From Candidatus Bathyarchaeota archaeon (GTDB lineage: Archaea; Thermoproteota; Bathyarchaeia; TCS64): 64,000 nucleotides of DNA. Position numbers and translations under genes: made by a program. This document shows positions 1 to 9,279 of the stretch, in pieces (positions within the stretch are counted from its first letter, which is position 1; every line of letters starts with the position of its first letter). The DNA lies in assembly GCA_963771885.1 (NCBI GenBank), contig CAVYVF010000023.1, positions 448,001 through 512,000 of the forward strand, read 5' to 3'. The notes under the pieces were generated by a model. It saw only the letters and a program-made list of their open reading frames with translations. It was not told the DNA's origin and searched no databases.

Positions 1-477
1 GACGCGGTGCGGGACCACAAGTCGAAGATTAGCATCATCGCAGACGGCGGGCTCCGCAACCCCGGAGACATCGCCGTCGCCTTAAGCGTCGGCGCGAACG
101 CAGCTATGATGGGCAACGTCTTTGCCGGCTGTAGCGAGTCCCCTGGACGCCTCGTCGCCATGGAGGGACGCTACTATAAGGAGTACTATGGGATGGGTAG
201 CGCACGTGCACGCAAGAAGCGGTTCGCACAGGACCGCTATAGCCAGCCCAGTAAGGCAATAAATGAGGGCGTCGAGGGCTGGGTCCCTTACAGGGGCCCT
301 GTAGCCGACATCATTCACGAGTACGTTGGCGGGCTCAAGGCGGCGATGGGCTACATTGGGGCAGCGGACCTCCCCCAGATGTGGGAGAAGGCTCGCCTCG
401 CACTCGTCACCGAGCGCGGAGCACAGGAGATCGCTCCACATGATGTTATGACCCCCGGCCCCAATCGCCTCCTCTAG
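1..477 (+). CDS. guaB: IMP dehydrogenase, C-terminal part (5' end lies outside the window)
   Basis: Motifs IIADGG, MMGNVFAG, YYGMGS, EGVEGWVPYRG and GGLKAAMGYIGA; directly upstream of the purH halves. Confidence 0.93.
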   Translation, partial: DAVRDHKSKISIIADGGLRNPGDIAVALSVGANAAMMGNVFAGCSESPGRLVAMEGRYYKEYYGMGSARARKKRFAQDRYSQPSKAINEGVEGWVPYRGPVADIIHEYVGGLKAAMGYIGAADLPQMWEKARLALVTERGAQEIAPHDVMTPGPNRLL

Positions 478-568
478 TGTTTCTTTAAACGTGTAAATCC
501 TACCCCCAGTTTGGGGGCAAGTTCTAATACCGAGACACGGAGCCAATCCCAGCAAGGGAGTCATAGGC

Positions 569-1174
569 ATGATCAAGCGCGCCCTCATCAGTGTCTCCGA
601 CAAATCAGGCCTCGAGGAACTAGTCAAGGCTCTCGGCGCCATTGGCGCAGAGATCGTTAGCAGCGGTGGGACCGCTAAGAAGATCAAGGAACTCGGCCAC
701 GGGAAGCTCACAGAGGTAGGCGACTACACAGGCCACCCCGAGAGCCCCGGGGGGCTCCTCAAGACGCTCCACCCACGCGTCCACGGAGGACTCCTCCTCA
801 GCAGAGACGTCACCGAGCATAGAGAGTTCATGGATAAGCACGGCATCAAGCCCTTCGAGATGGTCGTCGTCAACCTCTACCCATTCGAGGCTACGGTTGC
901 TAAAGGAGCAGGTTTCCTCGAAGCGGCGGAGAACATCGACATCGGGGGCCCCACCATGATACGAAGCGCGGCGAAGGCGGCGCTCCTCTACGGGAAGGTC
1001 GCCGTCGTCACCGACCCAAAGCAGTATCCACAGATCATCAAGGCACTTAATGATAACAAGGGCGAGATAGGGAAAGCGCTTATTAGAGAATTGGCTGAGG
1101 CTGCCTTCCGCAGAACAGCAGCCTACGACTCAGCTATCACAGCATACCTGGAGAAGGAGGGTAAGATGAAGTGA
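569..1174 (+). CDS. purH: IMP cyclohydrolase / MGS-like N-terminal half of PurH, stand-alone
   Basis: RALISVSDKSGL, SSGGTAK, KTLHPRVHGGLL, VVVNLYPF, ENIDIGGPTMIRSAAK. Confidence 0.9.
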   Translation: MIKRALISVSDKSGLEELVKALGAIGAEIVSSGGTAKKIKELGHGKLTEVGDYTGHPESPGGLLKTLHPRVHGGLLLSRDVTEHREFMDKHGIKPFEMVVVNLYPFEATVAKGAGFLEAAENIDIGGPTMIRSAAKAALLYGKVAVVTDPKQYPQIIKALNDNKGEIGKALIRELAEAAFRRTAAYDSAITAYLEKEGKMK

Positions 1175-2235
1175 GCATAAAGAAGCTATATCGGACGAAA
1201 GTTGAGGAGACATTCCCCGAGAAGATCAAGATCACAATCGGTGATAGGGAGATGGAGTACCACAAGGCGCAGAGCCTCAGGTACGGCGAGAACCCGCACC
1301 AGCCGGCAGCCTACTACGCCCCCGTCGAGGGAAAACTGACTGTTGGCGCCATGAAGATACTCAAGACGGGCAAGGGCGGGCTCAGCAGGACGAACATCGA
1401 GGACATGAACAACGCGATGAACATCGTCCGCTACTTCGACGACGCCGCGTGTGCCATCATGAAGCACGTCAATCCAAGCGGCGTAGCTGCCGCCCGCAAA
1501 GGCGACAGCCTCAAGAATGTCTTTAAGCGAGCTTGGGACAGCGACCCTGTCGCCGCATTCGGTTGTGTTGCAGGCTTCAACAAACCCGTAGACGTCGAGA
1601 CAGCCACCGAGATCATGAATAACTACTGCGAGGCAGTCGTCGCCCCCGGCTTTGCCCCCGAGACGATGCCCATCTTCGAGCAGAAGAAGGATATACGAAT
1701 CATCCAGATCGACAACATCTACGCTGGGAGCAGATTTGTCGGAGAGCCCCCCGAACCTCTAGTCATCAGTACCATGGCTGACGGTAGCTTCGTCCTCAGC
1801 ACCCCCATGCTTACAAGGATCAAGAGCGTCAACGACCTCCGCTGGGTCACCGAGAGGAAGGGAACTGAGAAGGAGACGAAGGACCTAATCTTCTCATGGT
1901 ATGTGAACCTCAACGTCAGGAGCAACGGCGTCGTCCTCGCAGATGACCGCCAGACGCTCGGAGTCGGCACGGGGCAGCAGGACCGCGTCATCGCTGTTAG
2001 GCAGGCGCTGCAGAAGGCGGAGGAGCGCGGACACAAGGACAGACTCAAGGACGCCGTCCTAGCCAGCGACGGCTTCTTCCCATTCCGCGACAGCATCGAC
2101 GCCCTAGCCAAGCACGGCATCAAAGCATGCTGCCAACCCGGGGGAAGTGTAAAAGACGATGAGGTCATAGCCGCCTGCAACGAGCACGGCATCGCCATGG
2201 CATTCACCGACGAGCGGTGCTTCCGCCACTTTTAG
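1171..2235 (+). CDS. purH: AICAR transformylase, C-terminal half of PurH, stand-alone
   Basis: LRYGENPHQ, KHVNPSG, ASDGFFPFRD, QPGGSVKD, RCFRH; its GTG start overlaps the upstream TGA (GTGA). Confidence 0.9.
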   Translation: MSIKKLYRTKVEETFPEKIKITIGDREMEYHKAQSLRYGENPHQPAAYYAPVEGKLTVGAMKILKTGKGGLSRTNIEDMNNAMNIVRYFDDAACAIMKHVNPSGVAAARKGDSLKNVFKRAWDSDPVAAFGCVAGFNKPVDVETATEIMNNYCEAVVAPGFAPETMPIFEQKKDIRIIQIDNIYAGSRFVGEPPEPLVISTMADGSFVLSTPMLTRIKSVNDLRWVTERKGTEKETKDLIFSWYVNLNVRSNGVVLADDRQTLGVGTGQQDRVIAVRQALQKAEERGHKDRLKDAVLASDGFFPFRDSIDALAKHGIKACCQPGGSVKDDEVIAACNEHGIAMAFTDERCFRHF

Positions 2236-2273
2236 CCCCCATTTTAAAATACTTCCCCTAGCACCCGCTAGCT

Positions 2274-3059
2274 ATGAAGAGCGAATCCATCAAAGCAGGT
2301 CAATACAATCTCTCATACACCTACCATCAGGGCAAGAAGCCACTCACGATCCTGCCCATCCACGGGCTCGGCGGCTCCAAGGATTACTGGCAGCTCATCC
2401 ACAACTACTCCGAGCTGACACAGTACAACATACTAGTCCCCGACCTCGTCGGCTACGGCGACTCCCAGCCTCCGCCGAAAGGTTTCAATTACACGATGAG
2501 GGAGCAGGCTGCCGCTATCAAGGCTCTCATTGACGTACTCGCCGTCAAGGGTGACCTCCTCCTCATCCCCCATAGCATGGGTGGGCCCATAGGCATCTAC
2601 ACCGCGGAGCTGCTCGGCTCACGCGTCAAGGGCATCGTCTACTGTGAGGGCAACATCGACTTCGATGACTGCTTCGGAAGCAACCTCGTCATAACCAAGT
2701 ACACCTTTGAAGAGTACATAGCGACGGGCTTCGAGAAAGGTCTGAACGCGATGAGGAAAAGGGGTGAGCACCCTGGTATAATCCAGAGCCAGGCTAAAGC
2801 GGGAGCCGTTACAATTTACCGCAGCAGCGAGGACCTAGTTAAAGTGTCTAAAGAGGACAAGCTCGCGGGCGAGCTAAAAGCGCTCAACGTTCCGACGCTC
2901 GTTGTCTACGGAGAGAAGAACAAAGGACTCTGGACGAGCGAGGCTAAGATGGCAGCCCTCTTCCCTCTCGTCTACACACCGGGGGCAGCCCACGTGATGA
3001 TGGTGGACAACCCCGACCACTTCTATAGCGAGGTCGCTAGGTTCGCCAAGGGACTCTAA
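2274..3059 (+). CDS. alpha/beta hydrolase
   Basis: HGLGGS oxyanion motif, PDLVGYGDS, HSMGG nucleophile elbow, C-terminal catalytic His (GAAH). Confidence 0.85.
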   Translation: MKSESIKAGQYNLSYTYHQGKKPLTILPIHGLGGSKDYWQLIHNYSELTQYNILVPDLVGYGDSQPPPKGFNYTMREQAAAIKALIDVLAVKGDLLLIPHSMGGPIGIYTAELLGSRVKGIVYCEGNIDFDDCFGSNLVITKYTFEEYIATGFEKGLNAMRKRGEHPGIIQSQAKAGAVTIYRSSEDLVKVSKEDKLAGELKALNVPTLVVYGEKNKGLWTSEAKMAALFPLVYTPGAAHVMMVDNPDHFYSEVARFAKGL

Positions 3060-4399
3060 GCCCTCGAAAGCGGGCTCGTGCTACAGTGTGGCCCACCAAG
3101 TAGGTCGAGGTAACTGTCCTCCCACTCACGCACCTTTATCCCATTCTCTCGGAGAATGGCGATGGTCTTTCTATTCCTCTCGTAGGCGATGACCGTCTTC
3201 GGGCGTGTTGCGACGATGTTACCCGCTCCGCGTGCCTGCTCAAGGAATGCGGAGTAGAGGTGATTCACGTCGTTCTCCTTCTCAGGCAACCCGCCGACGT
3301 ACATCAACCCGTCAGCGTCGAGCTTTCCCTCCTTGACGAGGAAGTCTATTAGGCTCACCTCGGTGCGCAGTGATTCGGGCTTACCACCCTTGTTGACATA
3401 TATGGTGGTCCTGCCGCTGTGCCTGAAGCCGTCGGGGTGGATCAACGGTCCCATGGGGCGGTAGTCAGCGTCGCTCTGTGCTCGTAGCGCCTCTAGCGTC
3501 TTGAGCAGCAGCCTCTTAGGCGGCATCCCCTTGACGACATCAGTGTCCCAGACGTAGGGCATCACAAGCGCGCGCCTCTCATCGGGGTAGTTGATGGTGA
3601 CGTCGAGGTGCATGTAGTCGAGGGCGGGGTAGTCGGGGAGCTGAACTGCGCAGACGTATCTTATCTTTCCCTCGCGGTCGTGCCTGAACAGTTCCTCGGC
3701 GCAGCGCTTGATTCCGGTGAGGGTGCTTCTCTGCCCCATGCCGATTGCCACAGTCTCATGGTCAACGATGTGGGTATCCCCGCCCTCCACGTTCGGCGGC
3801 TCAGTTGAGACGCTCTCCGCCTCATTCGCATCCCATACTATCTCCACGTGCTTGGAGAGTGTCGGGTCGAGTTCATAGGCGAGCTTTACGACCTTGACCT
3901 CGTGGCGCCTGCTGTATCGACGCATGTTGCAGATGACTGTCCCAACCTGTGTTGTGAAGCTGGTGTCCCTGCTGTAGGGCCAGGCAACTCGGCGGAAGTC
4001 AGGGAGGACGACCCTGTCGCCTTTCGCGTCGTAGTAGGGTGCCTCGGGGTAGCCGTAGATTAGGTGCTCGAGTTTCAGCTCTTCGGGCTTAGGCTCGGAG
4101 GGGAAGCCCTCCCATATCTCGTTGATTATCTCCTTCTTCTCCTTGAGCGTCGCCTTCCCCAGCGCCTTGGCGAGGATATCCTTAACCTCGAAGACCTTTA
4201 CACCCTCCTCCCCTAGAATCTTCGGCAACTGAAGCCATTGTTCGTGCCCGCCCTCCATCTGGGGGTGCACGCACCGCGGGAGGTACTGCAGATTAGACTC
4301 TATGCCCTCGAAGGGGAGCCTCTTCTCCCAGAAGGACTCGACACTATCCTGGATGAGCACCGCGTCGAGCTTTCCGCACTCGGAGTTGACCGTCCACAT
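3056..4399 (-). CDS. arginine deiminase / amidinotransferase family protein
   Basis: V-N-SE-x-G-x-L N-terminus, YSRD, EGGD, MHLD and C-terminal GGPHCST with the catalytic Cys. Confidence 0.8.
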   Translation of the reverse strand: MWTVNSECGKLDAVLIQDSVESFWEKRLPFEGIESNLQYLPRCVHPQMEGGHEQWLQLPKILGEEGVKVFEVKDILAKALGKATLKEKKEIINEIWEGFPSEPKPEELKLEHLIYGYPEAPYYDAKGDRVVLPDFRRVAWPYSRDTSFTTQVGTVICNMRRYSRRHEVKVVKLAYELDPTLSKHVEIVWDANEAESVSTEPPNVEGGDTHIVDHETVAIGMGQRSTLTGIKRCAEELFRHDREGKIRYVCAVQLPDYPALDYMHLDVTINYPDERRALVMPYVWDTDVVKGMPPKRLLLKTLEALRAQSDADYRPMGPLIHPDGFRHSGRTTIYVNKGGKPESLRTEVSLIDFLVKEGKLDADGLMYVGGLPEKENDVNHLYSAFLEQARGAGNIVATRPKTVIAYERNRKTIAILRENGIKVREWEDSYLDLLGGPHCSTSPLSRA

Positions 4400-4439
4400 G
4401 CACTAGAATCGGGTGACTCCCGGTAAAACGGTTTGCAGC

Positions 4440-5651
4440 CTAGTCTATCACGACGTTGCCATAGGTCTCCCTCGTGTAGCGGAGGAGGACGACGAACGTC
4501 ACCGAGGCTATGGCTATGCTGAGGAGACCAGGTATGAAGAAGCTACCAGTTACGTCGACGAGGCTCCCGTAGAGGGGCGTCATTATGCTGCTGAATATGA
4601 TGCTTAAGCCGTTGAGGAGGCCGAGTCCTATGGTCGCCTTCTTCGAGGGCAGAACCTCGCCCACCATCGTGAAGTAGAGTACCCAGATGCTGTTGCCGAC
4701 GCCCATTAGGAACCAGACCGCAGCGTAAACGGCGAATGGGTACCCTGCAGGGACGAGGACTATCGAGACGAGTGCGAGCACGAATAGGCCAAAGAAGACG
4801 ACGAGGGGTGTCTTCCTCTTCCTGAGCCTGTCACTTACAAAGCCCATAACGAGGCAGCCAATGAATCCGGCGACTGTGCCTAAGCTAGATATGAAGCCCG
4901 CCTCGACATATGTCAGTCCCTTCGCCTCAATGAGGAACTGCGTGCCCCATGATAGTATGACGTAGTTAAACGCAAGCAGAGTGTAGGCGACGAGCATCGG
5001 CTGGAACCGCCGGTCAGATAGTGTTTCCTTGAAGGAGGCGATGACGTCCCTAATGGTCCTCTTAACCAATGTCACGGGAACGGGGCTGTCCTTGAGGACG
5101 AATATGTTGAGGATCCAGTTGATGACGAGCACTGCGAGCATGACCAGGTATAAGTCTCTCCAGTTGCCCCAGATGGAGGCGGCGAGTGGAAAGCCCATGT
5201 AACTTGTGAAGGCTCCTATGCCGCTCGCGGCACTGAGGACGCTTATCGCAGTCGCCTTCTTCTCTGGTGGGAACCAGCGTGCTACAATTGTGACGGCGTT
5301 TATGTAAAAGACGCTCGTGCCGACCCCCATTATCATCTGAGCCGCTAGGAGCAGCTCGTACCGGTAGCTCATCCAGAAGAGGCCTCCACCGATGCAGGTT
5401 AGAGCGGTGAACCAGAGTATCGCCTTGCGTGGTCCCAGAACGTCGGCTAGGACTCCCGATGGGAACTGCATGATGCCGTAGATTAGGAAGTAACCTGTGA
5501 TTAGGAGCCCCATCGAGCCGCGGCTGATCCCGAGCTCGGTGATGAGCACTGGGGTGAGCGCCGAGGCGGCACTTCGCAGGAAGTTCTCCACGTAGTATGT
5601 GAGGCACACTGCCGCGAGTATGGTGAGCGCTAGACGCCTATTCAGCTCCAA
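4440..5651 (-). CDS. MFS transporter
   Basis: About 12 hydrophobic helices; motif A GVLADVLGPRK and GFVSDRLRKRK; TTG start. Confidence 0.9.
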   Translation of the reverse strand: MELNRRLALTILAAVCLTYYVENFLRSAASALTPVLITELGISRGSMGLLITGYFLIYGIMQFPSGVLADVLGPRKAILWFTALTCIGGGLFWMSYRYELLLAAQMIMGVGTSVFYINAVTIVARWFPPEKKATAISVLSAASGIGAFTSYMGFPLAASIWGNWRDLYLVMLAVLVINWILNIFVLKDSPVPVTLVKRTIRDVIASFKETLSDRRFQPMLVAYTLLAFNYVILSWGTQFLIEAKGLTYVEAGFISSLGTVAGFIGCLVMGFVSDRLRKRKTPLVVFFGLFVLALVSIVLVPAGYPFAVYAAVWFLMGVGNSIWVLYFTMVGEVLPSKKATIGLGLLNGLSIIFSSIMTPLYGSLVDVTGSFFIPGLLSIAIASVTFVVLLRYTRETYGNVVID

Positions 5652-5760
5652 GGTCTCAAGTAGGTATCAGCCACTCCGATAAATACGGATCGAAAAAAGT
5701 AATTGTCAACCTTACCCGTGAGGTCGAACCTTCTTATCTTCCGATCAAGTAGAATCAATT

Positions 5761-6486
5761 ATGGAGGATCTATCCTACACCCGGGTCCTCGCGGATGACG
5801 CGGCGGAGCACGAGGCGTGTCCCCTTAAGTGGGACTGCGAGAACTGCACGAAGACACTCTGCGTCCACCTAGTCTCGGTCGCTGACTTCCCCAGCCTCTT
5901 TGGCCACTTCAGGATCCTCGGTTTCACAAACAACAAGGACGGCAGGGACCACACGATGGTCGTCAAGGGCGATGTCTCAGGTAAGGAGAATGTGCTGACG
6001 CGTGTGCATAGCAGCTGCCTCACCGGTGACGCCCTCGGTAGCTTGCGCTGCGACTGCGGTCCACAGCTCCGGCGGAGCCTCGCCATGATCGAGGAGGAGG
6101 GCCTCGGCGCGGTCGTCTATATGCAGCAGGAGGGGCGTGGAATAGGGTTGACGAACAAACTGCGCGCCTACATGCTGCAGGACGGGGGTCTCGACACGTA
6201 CGATGCGAATATTGCCCTCGGCTTCCCCGCCGACGAGAGGGACTACGAGGTCACCGCCGCGATGCTGGCGAAGGTGGGCGTCGGCGACATACGCCTTATA
6301 ACAAACAATCCAACCAAGGTCGACTCCCTCCGCAGGTACGGCGTCAGAATAAGAGACATCGTGCCAATCCAGGTTGAGTTAAACAAGTACAATGAGCGCT
6401 ACTTCGACACGAAGAGGGAGCGCTTTGGGCACAGCCTCGACCTTGACGGTAAGCGTGTCCGTGACCCATGCGGCTGCAATCAATAG
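5761..6486 (+). CDS. ribA: GTP cyclohydrolase II
   Basis: RVHSSCLTGDALGSLRCDCGPQL, QEGRGIGLTNKLRAY, DTYDAN, TNNP. Confidence 0.93.
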   Translation: MEDLSYTRVLADDAAEHEACPLKWDCENCTKTLCVHLVSVADFPSLFGHFRILGFTNNKDGRDHTMVVKGDVSGKENVLTRVHSSCLTGDALGSLRCDCGPQLRRSLAMIEEEGLGAVVYMQQEGRGIGLTNKLRAYMLQDGGLDTYDANIALGFPADERDYEVTAAMLAKVGVGDIRLITNNPTKVDSLRRYGVRIRDIVPIQVELNKYNERYFDTKRERFGHSLDLDGKRVRDPCGCNQ

Positions 6487-6538
6487 CCAGCCACACCTAC
6501 CCGCAGACGTTAAACCCCGAAACCGTCCCGTCTAAGCC

Positions 6539-7614
6539 ATGAGTCAGGGCAGGAGGAGTGCCATCAGGGTCAGGAGGGTGGACAAGCCCCCTTATACTAT
6601 CGATCCGGAGAAGGTCAGGAGGTACGACCAGAGGAACCTGATTTTCAACCGCGTTGGCAAGGACTCGAGTTGGGGCGGGTATATGAGGAGCGAGGAGGAG
6701 GTGGGGCTCCGCAACATAGCCAAAGGAAAGCCCGGCTACACCCGTGTCGACTACGCCCTCGCTGAGGCAGCTTGGACTGTCCACGAGTGCTTCCAGGAGG
6801 CGTGGAGCTGGGAGAGGATGGCGCGCCCGCTCGGTCCCAGTCTCATGGGGGATAAGTGGTATGGTAAAAAGTACCGCGTCAGGGATCCCGCTGAGATGGC
6901 GTCGAAGGTAAAGAAGGCTGCTAAGCTCTACGGCGCTAGCCTCGTCGGGGTGGCGGCGTATAACCCGCTTTGGATGCAGGTGAATAATAGGTTTGACCTA
7001 TCCCCTCTGGATATGCCCCAAGAGGTGAAGTGGGTCATCGTGGGCGCCATAGAGATGGATGAGTTAGGGATAGCCACGAGCCCCGAGTCACCCGCTGGTG
7101 CGGCGACCGGTACCGGTTACTCACGTATGGCATTTGTAGCTGCGACGCTTGCGGAGTTCATAAGAAATCTCGGCTATACGGCGGTACCCGCGGGGAACAA
7201 CGTGGGGCTCAGCGTGCCGATGGCGATAGATGCAGGGTTGGGGCAGCTTGGGCGCCACGGGCTCCTCATTACCCCCGAGTATGGGCCGAGAGTACGCCTC
7301 TTCAAGGTCTTCACGGACCTGCCACTCGTCACCTGACAAGCCCGATCGACTTCGGCGTAACCCAGTTCTGCAGGAGCTGCAAGCGCTGCGCCGAGGTATG
7401 CGAGGTCGACGCCATCAGCTTCAAGGACGACCCCGATTGGGAGCCGGCGACGAAGAGTAGCAGTCCCGGGGCGCTCAAGTGGTACATGGATGCGGAGAAG
7501 TGCTTCGAGTACTGGTGCGATAACGGGATGGACTGCAGCACCTGCATAAGCGTCTGCCCCTACACAAAGGGTAGGAGCGAGGCGCACGCCAAGGATTTCT
7601 GGGGCTCCCAGTAG
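6539..7614 (+). CDS. reductive dehalogenase-like cobalamin / 2x[4Fe-4S] protein; two single-base insertions near 7331 and 7341
   Basis: DYALAEAAW, YSRMAF..LAEFIRNLGY, GLGQLGRHGLLITPEYGPRVRL. After the indels the frame reads PDKPIDFGVTQFCRSCKRCAEVC...CFEYWCDNGMDCSTCISVCPY to TAG at 7612-7614. Confidence 0.8.
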
Positions 7615-7645
7615 CCTTATAGACCTCCCTTCTCTCTACCCTCTT

Positions 7646-7950
7646 GGTCGGTGAGCCGGTGGGCGGCTGCCGGGCCCGTGAGGGTCTGAGGAAACTCCAT
7701 CCACCGAGCAGGGCTGCGACGCTGAAAGGCGTGGCGCGAGAGCGTCGGCTCCGGACAGAAACGACACCTCCCCCGGCAAATGCCGTGAGCCCCGGTCAGG
7801 GGTGAGGACGCCGTGGGGCAGGGGTGAGACGGCCGACCCGCAGGGTGAAAGGGCGAATAGGCGCCGGGTCCCTCCTGCAGGGGGCGCGGGTAGCCCGTAT
7901 AGCTGAATGCTGCCTAGAACAGAAGGTGGGTTACGACCGGCACACCGACC
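7646..7950 (+). ncRNA. rnpB: archaeal RNase P RNA
   Basis: P1 pairing of GGTCGGTG.GCCGGT (from 7646) with ACCGGCACACCGACC (to 7950); GAGGAAACTCC at 7688; CAGAAACGA; 3' TAGAACAGAAGGTGGGTTAC; TTATA box about 25 bp upstream. Confidence 0.92.
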
Positions 7951-7980
7951 ACATCATACTGAATACCACTAAAACGTGTT
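7933..7980 (+). repeat. 48-bp direct repeat, copy 1 (rnpB 3' end plus trailer; attL-like)
   Basis: ACGACCGGCACACCGACCACATCATACTGAATACCACTAAAACGTGTT; 44/48 identical to 10779-10826. Confidence 0.9.
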
Positions 7981-8018
7981 TGGAGAATCAAGCGCGCGAC
8001 AACTTCACGAGTACGCTT

Positions 8019-8582
8019 CTACCCCTTGTTCGGAACTCGCCTCAGCCGCAAAGCAACGAGATAAAAAATGATTGGAGCCACAACCCAAACAAGCTGCGGT
8101 AAAAGCGTGATATCCGCATCGTTGAAACGGAAGATCACCGGGTTCCACCAATGTGGGACAAATACCCAGCCTGAGTTGCCGACCGCTAGGAGTTCCAAGA
8201 CCAGTTCCTGCAGTCCCCCCCAGATCAGTAACACGACTATTTCTGAAATGCGAAAATGGACGAAATGCGGTGGCCGACAGAGCTTCTTAACTAGGAAGTA
8301 GCCCGCGATGAACAGGCCACCATCCCAGAAACAATGCACTACATGGAGGAGTAAGAGGGGATATGGTATCGGCGTCTTAAGCACATACAAAGGAGTGGTA
8401 GAGAAATTCGGGCCGATGAAGTAGAATGGTATCTCCCAAAGTGAACCAATTATGCATCCAGCCCAATACAGCGTATAGCTGTAAGAGTCTATCTTACCCA
8501 TTTGGCGCAGAAACACTATTAGTAACGGTATGAAGAGGGCGATCGTAATATCAATCCAATAGAAAGTTTGGTCTGCCATCAT
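8019..8582 (-). CDS. hypothetical multi-pass membrane protein
   Basis: 187 aa, about 5 hydrophobic segments, Trp-rich, with a HCFWDGG motif; family not recognised. Confidence 0.7.
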   Translation of the reverse strand: MMADQTFYWIDITIALFIPLLIVFLRQMGKIDSYSYTLYWAGCIIGSLWEIPFYFIGPNFSTTPLYVLKTPIPYPLLLLHVVHCFWDGGLFIAGYFLVKKLCRPPHFVHFRISEIVVLLIWGGLQELVLELLAVGNSGWVFVPHWWNPVIFRFNDADITLLPQLVWVVAPIIFYLVALRLRRVPNKG

Positions 8583-8900
8583 TGACCAATGTTCATATGC
8601 GGATTAAAGTCTGTCATGTTGAACCCGCGCGCGCGTCGTCGACAAGTAGAACTATGATTGAAGAGCCAATCCAAGGTACAAGTTAACCTTCGAATGTGAT
8701 TCATCTGGCTTTATGAGCCTCCGCCTTTCCGTGGAGAGGTGTCTAGTGAATGGATGATTAACAATTATGCGTTATAGCGTGGATCTCGCTTTCCTTTCTT
8801 TCATAACACGTGCTTATATTAGCTCTGAGGGTCTTGCACGTATGCTCGGGTTCGGTTCATTAACTGCGCTTCCCTGAGTTGATTTAGAGTGTAGATAATT

Positions 8901-9032
8901 ATGAAGGATAAAACGGAGAAGAAGGGCCGCCGATTACCAACCGAATCGGAGAAACAGGACGACAAACTACGCGATGGGTTGAAGGCGGTTCGTGGGACAA
9001 AGAAGCATTCCCTATCACGGTCTAACTATTAA
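8901..9032 (+). CDS. possible small basic protein (43 aa)
   Basis: ATG at 8901 to TAA at 9032, MKDKTEKKGRRLPTESEKQDDKLRDGLKAVRGTKKHSLSRSNY; no recognised homology. Confidence 0.25.
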   Translation: MKDKTEKKGRRLPTESEKQDDKLRDGLKAVRGTKKHSLSRSNY

Positions 9033-9279
9033 CATGCACACGCCACTCCTATAGGATGAAGAAGACGTGCAGGTTGTAGGCCCGAAGAGTCCGCGATCCT
9101 CTACGACAACTACGCGAGTAACTATGCTAGATTGAGAACGGGTAAGGAGCGGATTTATCCTAGAATATTGCGTTCACCCAGCGTGCTGCGTCGACTCTGA
9201 TCTGCCCCTGGCCTTCACCGTCGCGCCCCTGAAGCATCCCTCAGGTCTATAAGTCTCCGCGAAAAGGATTACTGATTAA

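Noticed and set aside
7334..7336. TGA in the dehalogenase-like gene as selenocysteine
   Set aside because: The TGA is out of frame once the insertion is removed (CCT GAC = PD), and it is not at a Cys position.
7824..8102. 92-aa ORF
   Set aside because: It overlaps the RNase P RNA and has no protein features.
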